In this document: positions 11,120 to 25,000 of the stretch, one piece after another | Layout of the letters: the number at the start of each line of letters is the position of its first letter | How positions within the stretch are numbered: position 1 is the first letter of the stretch | From: Fistulifera solaris | Lineage: Eukaryota | DNA: 64,000 nt | Assembly (NCBI GenBank): GCA_030295235.1 | Contig: AP026135.1 | Location: 1,116,001-1,180,000, forward strand | Direction of reading: 5' to 3' | Made by a program: the position numbers and the translations under genes | Notes under the pieces: generated by a model | The model's database searches: none | What the model saw: only the letters and a program-made list of their open reading frames with translations | Told to the model about the DNA's origin: nothing

Positions 11120-11951
11120 GGTGTAGTTGAGGAGAGGGTGAGAATTGCGAAGCTGAGTTGCTCTTACGAATTTCGGTGCGCTATGCAGCGGACAAGGTTT
11201 TGATTTGTGAGACAAGTGAAGTGAAAGGAATGGAGGGAGATTTGTTGACTACTTCTCTTTCTTGTTTCGTTTTTCAGTTAGTTTCAATCGTGTTTTTGTA
11301 GGAGACAACATCTTCGCCTTTGTAGTATTGAGCGACCGGTTTGAATATGATGCAACGTTACATGAGAAACGCCTTTAGTTGCATAAAAGGTTTTCGCGGA
11401 GAGAGTTCCGTTTTTTTTATGTCTTGCGTGCGTTTTTGTTTTGTTTTTACTACGTACCTGTACCTGGTATTCGGTTGGCGGAAAAGAATGCTCTGCGTTC
11501 TCTGTTATCGAGGTCGAATACCGCATTTTTTCTTTATGTGGTATAGTTCGATTTTGCGCGTTCGATCAATACAAGGAATAAGGATGAGAATTAAAAATAG
11601 GTCACGTTAGTTGTGGATCCTTTACAAACATAGTTTCGTTGTTTTCTTCCCGCAAACTATATTGCCTCTTTTCGCATCGATCTCAAACCTTCTCAACATT
11701 ACCCTGATGGCGAAGGCCAAATGCAACAGCCATTTTATATTACATGTTACGATAGTCCAACTCTGCTTAGTCCAGCAATAAACGCACTTGAACTAGAGAA
11801 TGAGGAATTTATGAGTAATGAATAGTTCGCTATTCAAAACGACGCAAGGTTGCTACTAATAAGAAAGAAGAGCGTCTAAGCTTCTCGAAAAAAGCTGAGG
11901 CCATCGTCATCATACAATTTGTCTGCGATATTGACAAGTCCTGTTACCATG

Positions 11952-13971
11952 CTATTGTTTGATACGTCGAGCGATTGTCTTGTTTTTCACCCTGTCGCTT
12001 TCCAAAATTTCCTCTAGCGTCTGAATAGAAATTGGTTTCGGACGGAAGTCATCCATGCCTGCTTCGAAACCTTGATGACTTGCCTCGGAACTTACATGGG
12101 CCGACATTCCAACAACATACTGTCGAACCGAAGGTCGCTCTTTTGATTCCCACTCGCGATATTGTTTCATGCAATCCAGCCCGTCCATTACAGGCATAAG
12201 GAAATCGCACAGCACAACATCATAAACGCTATCCTTCAGGCATTTAAGACCTTCCAATCCGTCCTTCGCTTCTTTTGTGGCATATCCTAGTGATTTCAGA
12301 GCCCTTATAATCGTCTTTCGCACTACCAAAGAATCTTCAATAACTAAAGCACATCTTTCACTTGCAGGATTGGTTGTGAAACAATCTTTTGGAGGGCCTT
12401 CTGATGGCGCAGGAAATCTCATACATGTTGTACCGTCACTCACGGGGCCAGCCTTACTGTCTTCATTGATGTCTTCATTAGCCACTTGGAACAATGGAAC
12501 AGCCGAGAAAACGAGTACATTGCGCTCTCCGGTTGGTGCGCATCCGTAGTGTCCGCACAGGACGCTCGTCCAGTACACTAACGATTGCAAGCCCAAATGA
12601 TCATTAAATATTTCATCCGCCGAAACATGTACTTCATCGGATAGACGATACTGACATTCAAAAACAAGCTCATCGTGCAGCTTATGAGCAGTATCTTGGG
12701 CGACCCTTTTCAACAAACGAAGTTCGATTGAGTTGCCTGCGGAAGTGTTTAATCCATGATCGATAAGATTAAGAGCGATCTGCAGTAAAGAAATTTCATT
12801 GGAGACAATAGACTCAGGGATGTTCTTGTCGACGGAGAAATCGACGAGAGCTTGGCGATTGAGAAGAGTCGCTATCAGGCTAATTTGGTCTCTCAGTGTG
12901 TATGTCGATGAGACACTCAGACGGCGATGGCGTGGACTATTGCGCAACATGTCGATGGAATGCTCACATAGTTGAGCTACAAGGTCCGAAGTTCGTTTCG
13001 CATTGACAAGGACTCCGTGCTGCTTTGCGTTCAACTGCTCGTGCAATATGTTGTCTTCCGTTAGTAGTGTCAGGGCTAGCTCGAGTGCCCCAAGAGGGGT
13101 GCGTAGTTCGTGAGACGTACTAATAATCAAACTTTCGGGGATCATCGCTCTCTTGGCGTCCCGATAACGAACCATCTCCCGAGTGGCTAGCGCGGCCAAA
13201 TCCAACAAAGTCGCTTCTTCTGAAGCAGAGAGTCCGTGCGGACGGGGCAATGGATCGAAAACACAGAAAGAACCAATCTGCCCGGAACCATTTGAGTATC
13301 AGCGTCCGTTTCGTTAGTCGGTGAGTGCTTGAACATGAAATAATGAAATCTACGGTATCCTTCTGGTCTATGGACACTCACCTGATATCCTTCCGGCGAA
13401 ATCAACGGTGCCCCTGCATAGAAGCGCACCGCACCTGCCTGAACAAATGGATTTTCACAAAATCGAAAATCCTCTGTGGCGTCTTTAATGACGAGACTTC
13501 GAATGTTCTTTTGAGTTGGACCGTATGCGAACACATGGTGATATTTCGCGCATATTCACGCTGATCTGTTCCTTCACACGCAACTACCCACTGCCTCGAA
13601 AAGTCCATCAATGAGACGTTACAATAGGGAACACGCAAGGCGCGTTTCCCCAAACGAGCCAGTCGATCGAATACTTCTTCTCGATCCGCGTCCAACAGAC
13701 AGTACGATTTGAGACACATGAGTCGTTCGAGTTCTTCCTCGACAGTTTGTGCTTCTGTAGTTACCGGATCCGCTTTCGATAGAGCCCATTCGAAGTCTTC
13801 AGGGTCTGTTTGGGGTGTGGCGAAAGAAGGTACATCGTTGGTAACACCACATTGCAAAGCTTCTCGCAGGGCTTCTTCAGTGGGAAAGTCGAGCACCGAG
13901 CGGTACCTTACAACGCTAGCTGAGCTTATGGGTTGATTGAGAAGGTCGGTGGCTGTTTCTACTTCCGTCAT
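11952..13971 (-). CDS. Hybrid sensor histidine kinase: GAF + HisKA + degenerate HATPase + receiver
   Basis: GAF motifs EEVFDRL, CSHTV and DFRFCENPFV...RFYAGAPLISPEGY|IGSFCVFD (intron 13278-13381); H-box SHELRTPL; receiver LVIEDS, CDFLMPVMDG and KP. Frameshift near 13500. Confidence 0.88.
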
Positions 13972-15273
13972 CTTTGTTGTTGTTGTTGTTGTATGTTTGC
14001 TTGTATGTTTGCTTGTTTGTTTGTGGTGAAGACGAGAGAGGTTGGTGTTGTTAAAATGGTTTGGGTCGATCGACGATGTTGCATGGTTCAGGATGGTGCA
14101 TGTTCAACGGCGAAGAAAGTCTGAAAAGTCACCGTCGCACGCTTCTCGTCCAATTTTGAATGCTTCGCGTTGCGAGTTTACAGTTTACAAAGTACAGCGT
14201 ACAAAGTACAGAAGAGCACGGGAAAATGATGCAACGAAACACGCAAGTAGAAACAGGTGAAACAGAGTGGAATGACGAATGACGACTGACGACGCTTGTG
14301 GACACTGGATGTCGTAGTAAAATAGCAGTGTCCTCACCAAAAAGACATATGACCTTATATTCGGGTCACTTTCAACTTCTTGCTATGATGAATGATGAAT
14401 ACTACTACGTACTTTGTACTGACTGGTAATGAAGAAGTGATGACGGATGAACGGCATTCATAAAAATAAAAAAAAGACTAATAAAAGCTTCCATTATTTG
14501 TTCATTACGTAGTATTTCTTTTCTACCAGACTCTGTAAGCCGTAACTAGAGAGAACTTGATTAAATTTGCAACGCACATGACGCTTATAAACGTGACAAT
14601 CGTCTCAAAACACGTGCCTAGACCACCGGTTGATAGTTAGATTTTACCGATGCTTAACTTGTGCCATTTGTGGGCTTGAAAACATAGACTGCAGCAAAAA
14701 TGATTCTTATAGGATCATTCGATTATTCACATCGAACAATCTCTCGTGCGCAGCACGGTACTACCAGAATCTAAGCTACGCTTCCCCGCGACTTGTTTCC
14801 AGTCATGAATCGAAACGTCCTTGGTGACATCCAGTTTATTCCAAGTTTATAGACTCCATGTGTTAGCAACTATAATGACTCGCTTACTTTGTATACTACC
14901 AGCTACCAGGTATCATTATGTTCCTTTTGGTAATTGGTCGTGTAATAATAAGTCTCGACAATTCACGTCGAAATTCTTCTTCTCATAAGCTTTACTATGA
15001 TACCGATCTGTAAGCGACCTTTCTCCACGACTGACTTCCAGTCATGAAGGTGTTTTTTACGGAGTATCGTTTTTGCTCTTTTGTCACTTCTGCCATTGCC
15101 GTCGATCGAACATCGAACCCTCTCGACTTTTTTGTTACCATGCGAACCATTCTCCTTTCTCGAATAATCTTTTGACATCAATCGTGTGCTTTCCTTGCAT
15201 GAATTGCTTCAGTCTCTCTTGTTCTCCGTTATCGACAAAAAAATCTGCAAAGCAATCTCTTATTTCCAGAAGA

Positions 15274-16743
15274 ATGAGCACACTCACAATAGAATCATCC
15301 ATGAATCCTGCTACTGAGCGCAAACTACCCGTCATTCCTTGGTCTACTTTTGTCGCCGTGACTGCTGTGGCACTACCGATATGGTCGGTGGTGGTTCTGC
15401 CCTTCGCGATCGTCTATCAGTTGGGTCGAAAACTCTTTACAAGAAAACCTCCCGAAATCTCTATCGACTCGGGTTATCAAGTTGATCAAGTCGTCGATCG
15501 ATCGGAACGTCCTTACGATATTGTCGTGCTAGGAGCGACCGGGTTTGTTGGAAAGCTGGCCGCTCGACACTTGGCGGAAGCCTACAAGCATGGATCTTTA
15601 AAATGGGCAATTGCGGGTCGGAGTGAATCGAAACTACAAAGTGTTTTGAAGGAACTCGCGGATGAGTTGAATCAGCCAGAATTGATCCGTATTCCCATTA
15701 TTGTCGTGGATACATCGATCCCCGCTACCATGCCCAAGTTGGTCTCGTGTACCAAGACAGTGGTGACGACTACGGGTCCTTATGCGCTGCTGGGGAACTC
15801 CGTGGTCGAATTCTGCGCCAAGTTTGGCACTAACTATGTCGATATCACGGGAGAAATCTCGTGGATCAAGGCTATGATGGATCGGTGGCAATCGACTGCG
15901 GAACAAACCGGTGCTATACTCGTGCCTCTGTGTGGTCATGACTCGGTACCGTGGGATCTGTTGGTTCAGCAGATGCAACAGGAATTGATGAAACAGGGCG
16001 AAGAGTTGGCACAAGTCGAATGTTGGGATTTTACGGTAGGAGGTGTACCTGGTGGTACTCTGGCAACCATGTTTGCCATGTTAGAAGGACTCGTTACTAT
16101 ACCGGAGCCAAAATCGAATCCTTTTTATCGGTTGAAGGATGGATACGTCAGTGACAGTAAAACGACCGCTGACCTACCGCTCACTCTTACCAAACGCCAT
16201 TCTCCTGTGGGATCCATCTGGTCGATGCCATTTGTCATGGCGCCAGTGAACGCGGCTGTTGTCGAATGGAGTCAAGCCCAGAGACGACACAAGTCGCCTT
16301 TAGTATACCGTGAAACGTCTGCGTGTGCTGATTGGAAGTCGGCTGTTACCATGTATTTTGGAATGATCATGTTTGGAGGAATGCTGTTGAATCCAATCAC
16401 TTCATATTTGCTAAAGAATTATGTTCTACCTAAATCAGGTGGTGGTCCATCTTCAAAAGACATGCTCAAAAAGCATTTCCTTAACGTCCACGCGAAAGGT
16501 GTCGGTTCAAAAGGCACCGTCTTGCACGCCCAATGGTACTGGTCTCAGGATGCAGGATGTTGGGAAACGGCCAAATCTTTGGTAGAGAGTGGGCTGTGCC
16601 TTGCGTTAGACCAAACTGCCGTGACAAAGGGAGGTTTTTATCCGCCATCGCTCGCTCTGGGAGATCATTTACTTCATCGCTTGCGAAAACAAGGTACTTT
16701 TTTCTCCTGCAATGTGGTTGATCCCCTTATTGAACAAAAGTAA
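15274..16743 (+). CDS. Saccharopine dehydrogenase-like oxidoreductase (SCCPDH family)
   Basis: YDIVVLGATGFVG, WAIAGRS, GPYALLG, YVDITGE, CGHDSVPWD and GGTLATM; N-terminal hydrophobic segment. Confidence 0.88.
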   Translation: MSTLTIESSMNPATERKLPVIPWSTFVAVTAVALPIWSVVVLPFAIVYQLGRKLFTRKPPEISIDSGYQVDQVVDRSERPYDIVVLGATGFVGKLAARHLAEAYKHGSLKWAIAGRSESKLQSVLKELADELNQPELIRIPIIVVDTSIPATMPKLVSCTKTVVTTTGPYALLGNSVVEFCAKFGTNYVDITGEISWIKAMMDRWQSTAEQTGAILVPLCGHDSVPWDLLVQQMQQELMKQGEELAQVECWDFTVGGVPGGTLATMFAMLEGLVTIPEPKSNPFYRLKDGYVSDSKTTADLPLTLTKRHSPVGSIWSMPFVMAPVNAAVVEWSQAQRRHKSPLVYRETSACADWKSAVTMYFGMIMFGGMLLNPITSYLLKNYVLPKSGGGPSSKDMLKKHFLNVHAKGVGSKGTVLHAQWYWSQDAGCWETAKSLVESGLCLALDQTAVTKGGFYPPSLALGDHLLHRLRKQGTFFSCNVVDPLIEQK

Positions 16744-16911
16744 GAATGCTTCGCCGCTTTTCTTTCTCATTTATATATACATAAGGCATGGCTCAGTACG
16801 GATTTTGCTACAGATGATTTATATTTTCTCTGAGCGATCAACTAGCTTGCAATGACCACGTAGACAGGCCGTGTGAACGAAATCTATGATGTGTTTATGG
16901 TCAAGTTGTGT

Positions 16912-18361
16912 CTAATGCTGGTCTTGCTTTGCCAGCCATTCCCTTTCCAACTTTAAAATATGCTTCTTTCGTAACGGTATGTGTATGGAAGTGGTCACTA
17001 ATTTCCCGCCATCCTCTATCCGTTCCGGTAGGTCGCGCATGAACGCCAAGATCTCTTCAAAGGAGAGTTGCAAAAGCCGACTTTGGAATTCTTGTAATAT
17101 TGCCAGCATAACGCGGTAGGTAATTTTCCAGCCTTCTTGCAAGAAGCAATCCCACACCCGCAAGACCAAGTCGAAGCCAAAGGAGCTGGTGTATTGTGTC
17201 AATAACCATTGCGTGGCATACATGGTGACGTGGATGTTTTCCTTGTCAAAGTGCTTTGCCAAGCGCGGCAAAAATTGGTGAACGAGGTGCTCTGCCACAT
17301 ACAAGACTTTGTGCGTTTCTCGCATTCCTTCCCCAAATAGTCCCCTCATATAACACGGTTGATCGGACATAATTGCTGCGACCGAATGATGTTAGAAACA
17401 AGAACACTTGATATGACACTTTAAAGCAAATATGCACCTACCAACTAGCATCCAAAACGCTTCTTCTTCTGTTACAATTGTCAAAAACATGCCCGCAATA
17501 AAATTCATTCCTTGACAGTAACCGACATCCGGATCATGCAAACTATAAGCCTTAAGTACCCTTTTCAACGAAGCTTGCCCTTCTACAATCCCCCGTTCCG
17601 TTTCTTCGTCATTATATCGATCTGGCGAGTCCAAGAGCGATCCTCCAAACGGAGAATTGACCATTTCGGCCTCACTATCGTTCCCATCGTCATAGAACAG
17701 CGAATGCCGGGGAAACGTTCTATGGATGTCCTTTTCGATCGTTTCCTGAACTGTCAGAAAGGCTTTATTGGGACTTTCTTTGCTGTTCACGTAGCTCTCG
17801 TAAAGACCAGGATTTTTTTGTTGCTGTTCTTTTACATGACAAAGCGTCAGCCACACTTTTCCTCTTTGCTCATGTGGAATACCTTTTCGCAGTCGTTTTA
17901 AAACCAATTTCGGCCGTCGTTTCATAACATTTGACCAGGAATTTAACATAATATTCCACTTTGTCGTCCGACGTTGTTCAACTGAAGTAGTTGAAGCGTT
18001 CTTGCCGTTTTGTGTCGTCGCTTTTTTTTTGACTGTCGGTTGTAGGAACAACAACACCGTCCTTGTCCATGTTACTAATAAACCCGTATTGATCTAATTT
18101 CAGCAGCGGCTTGGCTCCTTCCGACTGACTTTTTCGAATAATATCTTCCTCGTCGCTATTCGACATGACGGTCTCTACTCCTCCTCGTTCGGGCATACTG
18201 CTAACGCGACGCAAATCAATTTCCATGCTACTATTCGACGTTACCGTGCTGATCGTCAAATTGTCAATGGCAGGGCTACGGCGCTGCGGGGCCATTTTCG
18301 GCGAAGAAGAAGAAGAAGAAGAAGAAGGAGCCGTATACGTGACAGATGTCGTCGATGTCAT
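16912..18361 (-). CDS. TBC-domain Rab GTPase-activating protein
   Basis: RKGIPHEQRGKVW, IEKDIHRTFP (Arg finger), YCQGMNFIAG (Gln finger) and EEEAFW. Intron 17376-17441; frameshift in the homopolymer at 18022-18030. Confidence 0.92.
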
Positions 18362-19052
18362 ACGAGAGTTTGCTTTGGAATTGTGACAAGAGAAGCGCAA
18401 AACTACCACAAGGAAAGAAAAGAGCGGTACGTTTCTGCAGTGCCGCAACGCCGGTGACTTTAAATAACGTTTGTTAGTCGTTTCCGCGTGTCAAGCCGGT
18501 TTTTCTGGACACTCCAGCCTCTTCTTTCCTCTCTGTTGCAATGTTACGGGACAGAGGAAAGAGAAAGGCTGCTATGAAGTATTATTATGGTCTCCGTCCT
18601 GCTTTTATTGCCGCCGATAGAGAGAGGTGCAGAGTGCGATCGCCTCGTCGTCTCCTGTTTTGAGAGACATCATCCGCTTCCGTTGGCGTTGAAGTTCGGT
18701 TGTGAGGACGTTTTATAAGTAACAGAATCTTTACTGCTGCATTATCGCAACTATCAACGAAAGCGTTTCTACTGGATTCAAATATCCAAAAGAGGTTTAC
18801 ACTACGTTTCATACAAAGTGAGTACCGGTTGCAAATTGCAGCTAAATGCAACAAAAAAAACTGATTTGCTTCGCGAATAAGTTAGCTATGTTTTAATCCG
18901 TATTTTGATCATAACAACAGTAATATAATGCAGGAATAGGACATATTCTTACAGCTATTGATAATTATTCATAATTGAATCTAGGCTTCATCTTCAACAA
19001 TAGTTGTGCCGTAAATCGTTTTATTTCAAGGGGCAATCATGTGGTCCGTCGA

Positions 19053-22000
19053 TCATCGTTGCTGAGATATATTCCTGGCCTCCTGTTCAATTGTCTCCAA
19101 GAAATCGACACAGACCTTGCGAGTATCCTCGTCGCCAGGGTGCATTTCGGTCAAAGCAAGTTGTAGAGAAAGCGATGAAGTATGCAGAAAGCGGAAGGCT
19201 CGATCTCGACCATCTTTGCCTTTGTTTTTGTCGACCGACAGAATCGACATCCACCAGAGACACAGTGCGCGCATAATATGATGATTGACACGAGGGCGAC
19301 CCGCAATCTGTCCTTGTTTCGTTGTATGTAGAGCATGTGCTACGTAGCAAGGCGAACGTGATGGATTCAGGTCCGAGTCAACAGAGTCCAATGCAGCAGG
19401 CGTAACATTTTCTAAGCCGGCCACTATCATTGAAAGAAGTTCAAGAGCTTTGTCTGTCTCTCCTAATTCACGAAGACAACGCACCATTCCAAAAACGGTC
19501 CCTGACACATCTGAGTTCTCTATTCCAGCAACAGCTGAGAAGCCTTCGAACGCTTTCTCAAAATGTGAAAGGGCACAACTCCAATAATACCGGATTGTTT
19601 CCGTGTGTGATTGCTTGGTCGAGCTTGTGGGCAAATGAAGCCAGGTGGCTTGTTCGCAATTTGCAAGTACGGCAAAAGAGTCTCCTAGTACGCGATGGTA
19701 GAACGAACAGATCCAAGGGTCACGAAATCTCTGCAAATCTACGTGTCCTTGCTGAAAGACGATAACGAACTGACGGAGGATCTCAAAGGAGTCCCTACCA
19801 TCGTCCAGATAAAACATAGGAGCATCGCTTGTGGTATCTCGTGATGCATTTCGTAAATACTCCATGTAAGACGCTTCTGTCCCTACCAGCAGCATCGATA
19901 CGCGTTCCGTCGTTTGCGTTAACAGTTGTGCGGCGTGCGAATGATTTCCAGCCCGTCTTGACATTGAAGCGAGATCAAGCATAGCCGTGATGAGAATGGG
20001 GTTCACCTTCGTGTACCTCTCCTCGCACAGAAGGATGAGTGTCGTAAGAACAGAAGCAGCATCGTTCCATCTTCCTTCCTCGGCGTAAGTCAATGCCAGC
20101 AAATTGAGTAAGCCTGGAGCACTTTTACCAAACTTGATTTCGTCGTCGATTTCCTGCTCTTCTAAGCGTACATCCAAACAAACTGACAGGCTTTTGACAA
20201 GGTAGGAGCGCGCCAATCCGAGAAACCCCGCAGGTTCGTCAAAGTTATCACCAAGTTTAAATTTCTCATTCGTCGGAAATAGTCGAACGCAGTATAGAAC
20301 AACTAAGCAAAGACAAAAGGAGCAAGCTGGATCTTCCACTTTCCCAGATGCGCAAGCAAAGGCACACTCCAAAAGCGCCAAGGGAAATTCTTCATCACAA
20401 AGGGTCATCGTATCTTTTCTGAGGATATCCAGCATGTCATCCTTTGACGTATCTGATAGCATTCCACCCAAATCCATGTCCTTCCAACTCATTGTAGCAC
20501 TTCGTGGAGCTTCTGTTCCATCGGCAATAAGTAGTAGATCGGTGCCGATCTTTTCTGTCTCCATGCTCGCAGAAACTTCAGCCTTTAATGCATCCCCTGC
20601 ATCCGGATTTTTCGATACATCGCACGGTGGTGTGATGCCAGTTGCGCACGTAATCAAGGTGCACATGTCGAAAGACGTTAACTTACGGTTTCTAGAACTT
20701 AGGGTCGCATGTAAATTACACAAGTCTTTGTGCAAAGAGGACCCTTGTCACCTAGGACATCATATAGAGCTGAAAGATTGAATTGAATCTCTAACGAAAC
20801 ATAACACACATTTAGTGATGCAACATTGATGTAAAGGAAAAATGAAAGTACACTTACCTGCAATGAAGTCGTCGTTCATTTCAACATTTACCAGTATGTG
20901 GCGATATCCAGTAGGCAAACTTGATCTGACCAAACCCCCGACAGGTGAAGAACCGTAAAACAAATTCTTGATGCGAACGACACGGACCTTTGTTTGATGG
21001 TTTTCATTATTGGAGCTTTGACCACGTGCATCTTCAACTTGGCTTAACCGGGCCAAACCACAAATGAGTGCACCTTCGTTCGGAAAAATTATTCTAGCCC
21101 GCAAAACATCTTTTACTTGCAAGATGTCACCATCGTATTTAAAAGACGCCTTTGATTGAATGGCGTGCGCTGTCTTTACAGCAATGAGGTGACGAATACC
21201 TGAGTCAGCTTTTTCAAAATTCAGTGTTGCATCATCGGTCACTGTTGAGTGACCGCAAATACTTCGGACAATCTCGGTGAATGTGCTTAGTCTTGACGAT
21301 GCTGTAGTAAGCAATGACTGTGTTTCTCTTCCTTTCTCTAGAAAAATCTTTTGTTTCAATAAAGACCGCTCCGGGGTTTGATCCATAGAAAGGAAAGAGC
21401 TTAAGCGCAGTAAATCGTTTACACATGCTGCTGAGTCGGAAGTGCCACCACACTTATGTGAACTAAAGAGCTGTAAATCGTGCAGCTTCGAGTTAACTGT
21501 CATGCAACGGGAGGTGACGACGCTATTGAAATAGCTAGGTTCGTCTAACTTCGAAATCTTGGCGTCTATTGTCGATTTTCGATTCACAAACGATGATCGG
21601 CAAGCCTCACTATGAAGCCACAGAGCTTGGAGTTGCTTCCAATGTAAAGATACTATGTATCTTATGCACCCGTTGCGACAAGCATCTAAGGAAACCAGCT
21701 TTTCGAAAGATGGAATGAGTTCCTCGCGCATTCTCCTGGAGCTCTTCGAAACCGCATTAAGTGTTTGGACCATACGGATATTACTCTTTTCTTCTTCATC
21801 ACCAGAAAACAGTGAATCGTTGCCGAGTTGCAGTTCCTCTTCGTCGTTATCATCCGAAGTCGATAAACAATGTAAAGCACACGGTTTCGATTTTAGTGAC
21901 TGTAAGTTCGAAAGGCTTACCGTCCTGCGCAATTCCGACGTTTGTCTGACGCGATTATTCGTATCCGGAAATCCTTTTTTTCGGCATTCGTCGATAACAG

Positions 22001-25000
22001 AAGAATGCGCTTGCTGCTATAAAAATACGGCGAACTGGGGCAGCTTGAGCTTGTAGAGGTAACCATCGCTCGCTGTACACTAGGAACCAATTCAGATGCT
22101 GATAAGATAGTAACCCTATCACATGTATCAGTCGCGGAGCTAGTTCGTTCGTAAGGAGCAGATGGTGATGTCTTTTTGTCCTCGTTGAACGAAAGATCAA
22201 GAGCGCATGCCCCTGTCCAATCGATATTGTTATGGCGAAGATCTCGCACGAAAGGTTCCGAGTTATCAGCCAAATCTCTGGTTAGAATAAGCTCGGGGTG
22301 ATTCTTAATCAACGTGTAACAAGACGGAACCAGATCCCAATGCGATATCTCTGGATGCACCATAGAACATAATGCTGTTAGGGGAGGGAACTGAGCAACT
22401 TCCATCAGAAGAAAATGTGTCGTCCTCTATGAAGAAAGACGGACTTATGGGAGATCCAGGTGGAGAGATCTCCAAGTTGCCGTACGTATCTCTCTCCATC
22501 CCCGCGAAAACACTGAGATTCGGATCAAACAACGTGTCCGCACTATTTGCCATCACAACGGAATCTACGCCTCTTTGAGCAGGTTTCTGTGACTTAAGCT
22601 TGCTCGAAAGCAAACAAAGGAGTTTGTCTGGGTCTTCATGTAAATCGACCCTGTGATTAGGGAAACAAAGGAGGTCTCGTAATGTGATCTAAATGTTCAA
22701 TCGGGACGGTATGTCTGCCAGTCGAACTAATTGTTTCCAGGATAACATTATGTGAATCTCGATTGGACCCTAGCAAATCATCTCCGTTGATTTCCAAAGA
22801 CTCGCTCGGTGTTATCCTACCGAGGCCTTTTTTTGGTGATCTATGCAACTCGTCCTCACTACGACTGGGTTTTGTGTCGATGATTGATGCAGCTACTGTC
22901 TCTGTTTTGCCACTGTCGTAGATGACGCTAGCAGAGGATGATTCGGCGACATTGATTTCGTTGACAGTCACACAATGCGTATCCATGTCGTCTTCATGGG
23001 CATCAGCAGATTTGTCAATCAGGACCTCGTTTTTATCCAAGCCTTCTGGTATAAAGCGCGAGAACCCGTTCTCTTCATCACAACACCTATTCGCTACCAC
23101 AACCTCGCACGACAATGCTAGCGGTAAGGTGGAGTCTGCTTCCCTTTGTAAATTGTTAATACTTCCCTCTGTGAAGTCTGGTTGTGGCGCATTCGATCCG
23201 TCCTCTCGGTTTCCCTGTTCCGAGTCGCAAGGGGCGCCTCCAACATCAGTATCTAAGTGAACTCCAGAAGTAGAAGTATCTGTATCGAAAAAATCAGACT
23301 CTCTTTCCGCTACGTAGGCGAGCACGTCAACATCTGAGTCTTCGTTACCTCCTCGTGATGTATTTATGCAACAACAAAACGCCTTTGCAATGAAATCAGG
23401 CTCATCGTTCTCTATCTGTGGTACATTTTGTTCGATGTCAAAACTATCCAGTTCCGTGTAGCAAGTTACGGCGTCCACGTTTGAACCCTCTTTGGCAGTT
23501 TGTAATGGTGCTTCACAAACGCCATTCCTTTTCGCTATAAATTTCAACGTTTTGTCCTCGTACTCTATCGGATGTGCACCTTGTCTGTCTTCAAAACTGC
23601 TGGATGCCAACTCTTGCAAGGCGAGACCGATGAGCGAATTCTCGTTTGCTATTCGTAGCTGATCATCACAGTCTTTAGCCGCTCCGGCATCATCGTCATC
23701 AGCAGCAGTAGTAGCATCATCATCATGCGACTTGTTTGCTTGCGACTCGCTTGATCCTTCTTCTCCGTTCCCCCGTGTCGCACTTTGCGCTGCGAGACCG
23801 TTATGCCATTCATTGTTATCAATTCGTAGCTGCTCATCACAATCTTCAGACGCTTCGACAACGTCGTCTAACATTTCGTTCTCCGTGGTTGTTGCATCTA
23901 GTCCATCTCCCAAACCATGCCGTGTCTCATCGCACACTGCGGGGCCGATATCCAGAACTTCGTTTACTAAGGGTAGCTGACTACAACAATCTTTAGCCGC
24001 TTCTACAACGTCGGCGACTGCTTCATGCTTTGACTGCAAATCGTGTGGTCCTTCTTCGCGATTCCTCCACGTTGTGTCTTGCGCGGCTAGACAAATACCA
24101 GATTCATCTCGTTCTATTCGTAGCTGATCATCACATTGTTCAGAAGCTTCAACAACGTCATTGAGCACTTCGTTCGTTGTGGGCGTTGCGTCTAGTCCTG
24201 CTTTTAAACGGGGCCGTGTCTCATCGCATACCTGAACAAAATCCAGAGCTTCTTTCGCTATTTGTAGATTATCATCACAATGCTCAGACACTTCAACATG
24301 CACTTTTTTCACTGATAGCGCGGCGTCTAGTCCTTCGTTAACACCACCCGTTGCCTCATCGCAAGCTGCAAGCGGGTTAAGATTTGGAGATTCCTCCGCT
24401 ATTCGTAGCGGAACAACACAAAGTTCAGACACTTCGACAAAGTCTTCGAGAACTGCGTTCCTTGTTGACGTTGCGTCTAGTCCATCGTCGAAACTACACC
24501 GTGTCTCATCGCTGGCGGAGGCAGTATTGAGCGGTTCTTCCACTATTCCTAACAAATCATCACAATAATCAGACGCTTCAACAGAATTGTCATGCACTTC
24601 GCTCTCTGATTGTTCTGCGTCTAGTCCTTCGTCAACACTACCCTGTGTCCGCTCGCACGCTGCATGGTCAAGATACGAAGCTTCGTGCGCTATTTGTAGC
24701 TGCCCATCACAATGTTCAGACGCCTCGACAATGTTGTCTAACATTTCGTTCTCGATGGGCTTTGCGTCTAGTCCATCGTCAAAGCTACGCCGTGTGGCAT
24801 CGCACTTTGCGTGTCCAGCATTGTTCTCTAATGTTTGTTTGTACAGTCCTTCGCCGCATCTTTCACATGCAGCGTCATACTCTGAGGGGCCAATATCCAG
24901 ATTGTGACCGGTTCGTATTATGTTTTCACAATCGATTGCTGATTGTGCGACTTCTTCGGACAGCTGTTGACGTATCTGCCGTAGATTGTGTCGATCCTTT

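Noticed and set aside
11952..13971. Bacterial contamination or recent HGT for the histidine kinase
   Set aside because: It has a spliceosomal intron and sits among eukaryotic genes; hybrid kinases are known in diatoms.
18515..18571. Imperfect inverted repeat upstream of the TBC gene
   Set aside because: Arms are low-complexity CT/AG tracts with indels; may be chance.
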